Of a stretch of 64,000 bases of DNA, positions 59,968 to 64,000 are shown one piece after another (position 1 is the first letter of the stretch; each line of letters starts with the position of its first letter). A program made the position numbers and the translations under genes. Where the stretch lies: the NCBI GenBank assembly GCA_951406725.2, contig OX597814.1:58280001-58344000 (forward strand), given 5' to 3'. The notes under the pieces were generated by a model, which saw only the letters and a program-made list of their open reading frames with translations, was not told the DNA's origin and searched no databases. The DNA comes from Octopus vulgaris. Taxonomy: Eukaryota.

Positions 59968-61622
59968 TCCCATGGGTAACCACGCAGATACAAGCAATCG
60001 CGTCAGGGCGCAAGGCCTATTGATTAGGATGTTGCTGTTACGGTCGTAAGATCGTTGTTTCCATTCAGGGAACGAATGTTGCGTTTTTTTCTGGAGCAAA
60101 ACACTTCCTGTTGCCCTGAGATCATTTCGAAACCTGACGTATTGTACATAGTGCACCTATTCGGGCAACGTGAAATATTAATATAAAATATAATATAGTA
60201 GACCTCCAAATTTTACCAAACAATGAACTTATCCAACGAAGACAAGAGAATATTCTATTCATACATGCATGTATACCTGCTCATAAATGAGCCCTTCCAC
60301 GAACCAGAACGCATGTGTGAATGTATAGTGCGTGTGCGAGTGTAATTGCTTGAGGTGATAGCAGAGTCTCGTAGTCCGAGGATGACACTTTAGAATATCT
60401 TCCAATTGCTTCTTGGCTCTCTTTTAACAGGACTCAGTTTTAACTGGCTGGTGTCTTGATAACTAGTATGTAGGATGAGAAAATTATTCTCCCTCATAGT
60501 ACCAAAGACATACCCCACATTTTCTATGAAAAATCAATAGATCTATAAATGTTTTCAAATATTACAGGAATGAGAGTTGCCATAGATTTACATGCCGTCA
60601 GAGCATGATAACGTCAATGCAATTCATGATAGTTTAATGTTTGCAAGTACACGTTTGTAATGAAGGCATAAATGGAGGGTCGTAGAACTGAAAAAGAAGT
60701 GTTTGGGCCAAGTGTTTAGTGGGTTACACAGATGAGTGGTGATAAGAGAAAGTCAGATACATACTTTATTCTAAAGTAAAATATTCAAATATTTTATTGG
60801 TCCACAGAAATAGTACAATGTATTATTTTCTCTGTCTTATATACGTATATATGTCATTTTAAAGTATAGATGTTATGACTGATTTGATAAATCTACCCCA
60901 ATAATCTATTTCTTCTTCTGTTCAAAACGAAATATTCTCCATTATTTTAACATAATTAAGAGGAATTGACTTCTAATGGGAAAAGATCATCTTAACAACT
61001 GCATATCTACGTAAGACAGATACTATCGTTTTAAAAAAAAGATATGAAACAATTTAACTTGAAGGAAGTGACTAATGTAATAATTCTTGACTTAATTAAC
61101 ACTGAAAAATTCCAAAGAAAATATAAATGACTCCTTTTTATAACTAGAAACAGAGGAACTTAATAATTTTGAAATGAAAATAGAAATACTAAATTTATTA
61201 GTTTCTCGGTTCAAACTTATTTGTAGTCTATAATGAACAAATTAGTTTTAATCTCATCACGTTTTCCTTTTCTTATTAAGAATGCTTCATTTATTTATAT
61301 TTCTTTTATTTCCATTTTCAACTAACAATGTATACAGAAATTCATTTAATTTGAAAATTTTAAACTAAAATTTTAATCTATATATGTATTAGTTTTAAAA
61401 CAACATATTATTAATTTTAATACAGCAATAATGGTAGACATACTGATATCGTGACACATATTTTCCTTTTGTGATTGGAAAATTAAAGCCCTTAAACTGA
61501 TACTATGTATAGCAATTTCTGACTTACGGAGGAGTCAATAATGAAATACTCTTGCAGCTATGATAGGTTGTCATACTCCGGAAAATCATCTATGAGTTCG
61601 GTTCAATTCTTTTCCCTTTATG

Positions 61623-61821
61623 TATGAGTGGGTGCTGAAAATTCCTTGGTTTTCGGTAAAAGAAAATACAGGAGGATCAGTTAATTATAATTTTATTCAA
61701 CGTTTTACCACTCAAATTCACCCACTTATTGCAGTGATCTGTCAGGTTTCCTATGTCCTGTAAAAGAACTCGGAAGTTTACGAGACCCTTAAAGCCAGGA
61801 CATTTTCAGCAACCCTTCGTA
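61623..61821 (-). mobile_element. Mariner-derived MITE
   Basis: TIRs tatgagtgggtgctgaaaattccttggtt / agccaggacattttcagcaacccttcgta; same family as 1921..2139. Confidence 0.75.
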
Positions 61822-62170
61822 ACGTAACGGGGAAGAAGGATTAGTGTTTCACGCAATTGTACGAGCATGATAGCTGTGACCAAGTCTTGGTTTGTACTGT
61901 TCGTCCTTTCGATAGCTTAATACAATACATAGCTCGTGAGATCGTCGATCAGGTGATGTTCCTTAGTCACCGTGTCACTTCTGTATGCCAATCCGTCGCA
62001 TGGTTGCCCATTTATTGCTGACTGGACTGAAATGTTTTTGCTCAAGAACACAAAGCACACTTTATCTGGGAATCGAAACCATGGTCTTGTAATCAGGAGT
62101 GCAATCAGGAGTGCAATGCCCTAACCACAAGGCGATGCACGTGACTTCACTGACTTAATAAGAAATGCGG

Positions 62171-62223
<53 letters not shown>

Positions 62224-64000
62224 TACATATAGATATACATTCATATATATATACATATACATATACATACATGCACATATATATATGTATGTATGTATGT
62301 ATATATATGTGTGTGTGTAATACATATATATTACATATATTGCGATATATGTATGTATATAAGTGCTTTTTTACTGACATGCTCACGATTTTAAGATAGA
62401 ATATAATGAAAATTTTAAAAAATAATGTGCACAGAAATCAATAGAGAAAAGGACATGGATCAATATTATCTACAGTACTGTATAATGTACCTGACATCGT
62501 TGACTTGGACCACATGTTGAAAACGTGCTCTAGTGTGCAAACATATTTGACTTAAATATAAGAAAACTGATAAAGTAGAATGAAAACATTTATGGACTAT
62601 TGGGGGTTGGGAAGCTTACAAAATTCTATACCTCAAGTATAGTTACAAACTTCTCTCTGCTTATCTTCATCAAAGCAAAGTATGTACCAACGCGCCTATC
62701 ACAAATTATAATATAACATGTGTTTCTGAAAAGGAAATGTAAGTACATAATTCATATAATACAAACAGTAACGATATCTAGATGTATAAACATATTTCCG
62801 AATAGTCTTTAGGTGGGAAGAGTAAATGTTTCTGTAAATGATGTTGCAAAGAAAATATTTTCTTCACGCCCTTACCTTGCATTGTGTAACTGCTCAGTTA
62901 CGGCATACAATGAAAATGAAATGTTGCAGGCACGTACATACATATTTCATTGAAAACAAGAAAATATCATTGCTCATAGTTTATTATTTCTAGTAGAGTA
63001 AAAACAAACTCCGTGTGGCTTTCTATAAATTGCTGAATGATATTTATATATTTGATTATCAGTTTCTGTAATGTGTCTGATTTGTTACGTAAACTGAAAT
63101 TGGATATGATCAGGAAACGAAGGGTGTTTTCTTTTGAAATACTCTATAATAAAAGAAACATCAAAAATAAAAGATTTCTTTTGAATCCTTTATTTATTTA
63201 TTAGTATTTATTCGCTCAGAACATTTAAGGGCATAACCAGAGGAAGGTACCCACAGAAGTTGTTTTCTTATAAATTTGTGAAAATAAATGTTTATTAATG
63301 AAAGTGTCTGCAAATACGTTTTAGATGGCGCAGATTACGATTATATCAATATTTGCGGTGAAAAACGTTTTCAGAGAGGATGATCGGATATTTCACGCGC
63401 CGAAATATTATTTCCTTTCAGCATTCAGAAAAATGATATTTTTTAATGAAATGATCTCCAAATAACTTTCACGTGGTCTCAATTGCGGTTAATGAAAGGA
63501 AGACGGATATTTCATGCACCCTGAATTTGTTTACTCATTGTTTTGATAATTTAACATTTAAGCCAAAATAATTTCTTTGACATGCATGTGATCTCTGTTA
63601 TTTTAACAGACTATACAAACATCTTTGTGTTTTTTTTATAACAGAACATTTAAGATTGCGATTGATAACGAAAGAAATGCGATTTCAATAATGAGTGACA
63701 GCTTTGTACCGACCTTTGTACAAATATTTCAGAGGATTTGCAGGAGAAGGTGGAATATTATTTTTTTTCGATTTAATTATAATAAAAGTATAAAAACGCA
63801 TGAGGAAAATAAAGTCCTCATACTTGAAATATCGCCCTCCCAATTCATTTGTCGCTCCGAACTATGATATAGTCGAAATCTGCGCTATTCGAGAGTTATT
63901 TGTAGGAAACATAATTTGAAAGTATTCACTTCCCTGAAAGTTATGTGGCGATAAAATCGTTCTTAGGGTAGGGTATATGTGTAGGTATGTCAAATTAAAT

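Noticed and set aside
63120-64000. Possible DNA transposon remnant at the window end
   Set aside because: No convincing TIR pair or transposase motif within the window

Overview
AT-rich, microsatellite-dense eukaryotic non-coding DNA. The SINE families and repeat style suggest an octopus or other cephalopod genome (inference from recall, not a search). No intact host protein gene is supportable. The window is a mosaic of transposon remnants: Penelope-like (PLE, GIY-YIG), Tc1 (DD36E spacing), mariner, Chapaev3-like, hATm-like, Helitrons, R4/Dong-like, RTE and Tx1/L1-like LINE pieces, MITEs and many tRNA-derived SINEs. The main pattern is at least six fold-back (inverted-duplicate) insertions of mostly unrelated sequence, sitting in or beside (TA)n arrays. 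All have the same polarity (3' ends pointing outward), and each carries a minimal hammerhead-ribozyme (HHR)-like motif. The HHR cores include canonical C3-G8 and apparently compensatory G3-C8 and U3-A8 variants. Two fold-backs still encode PLE GIY-YIG endonuclease sequence. A near-identical duplication across the 100-N gap (probably two haplotypes) shows one of these insertions as both filled and empty site. A tRNA-headed SINE-like element carrying an HHR-like motif is also present. All alignments and RNA folds were done by eye.
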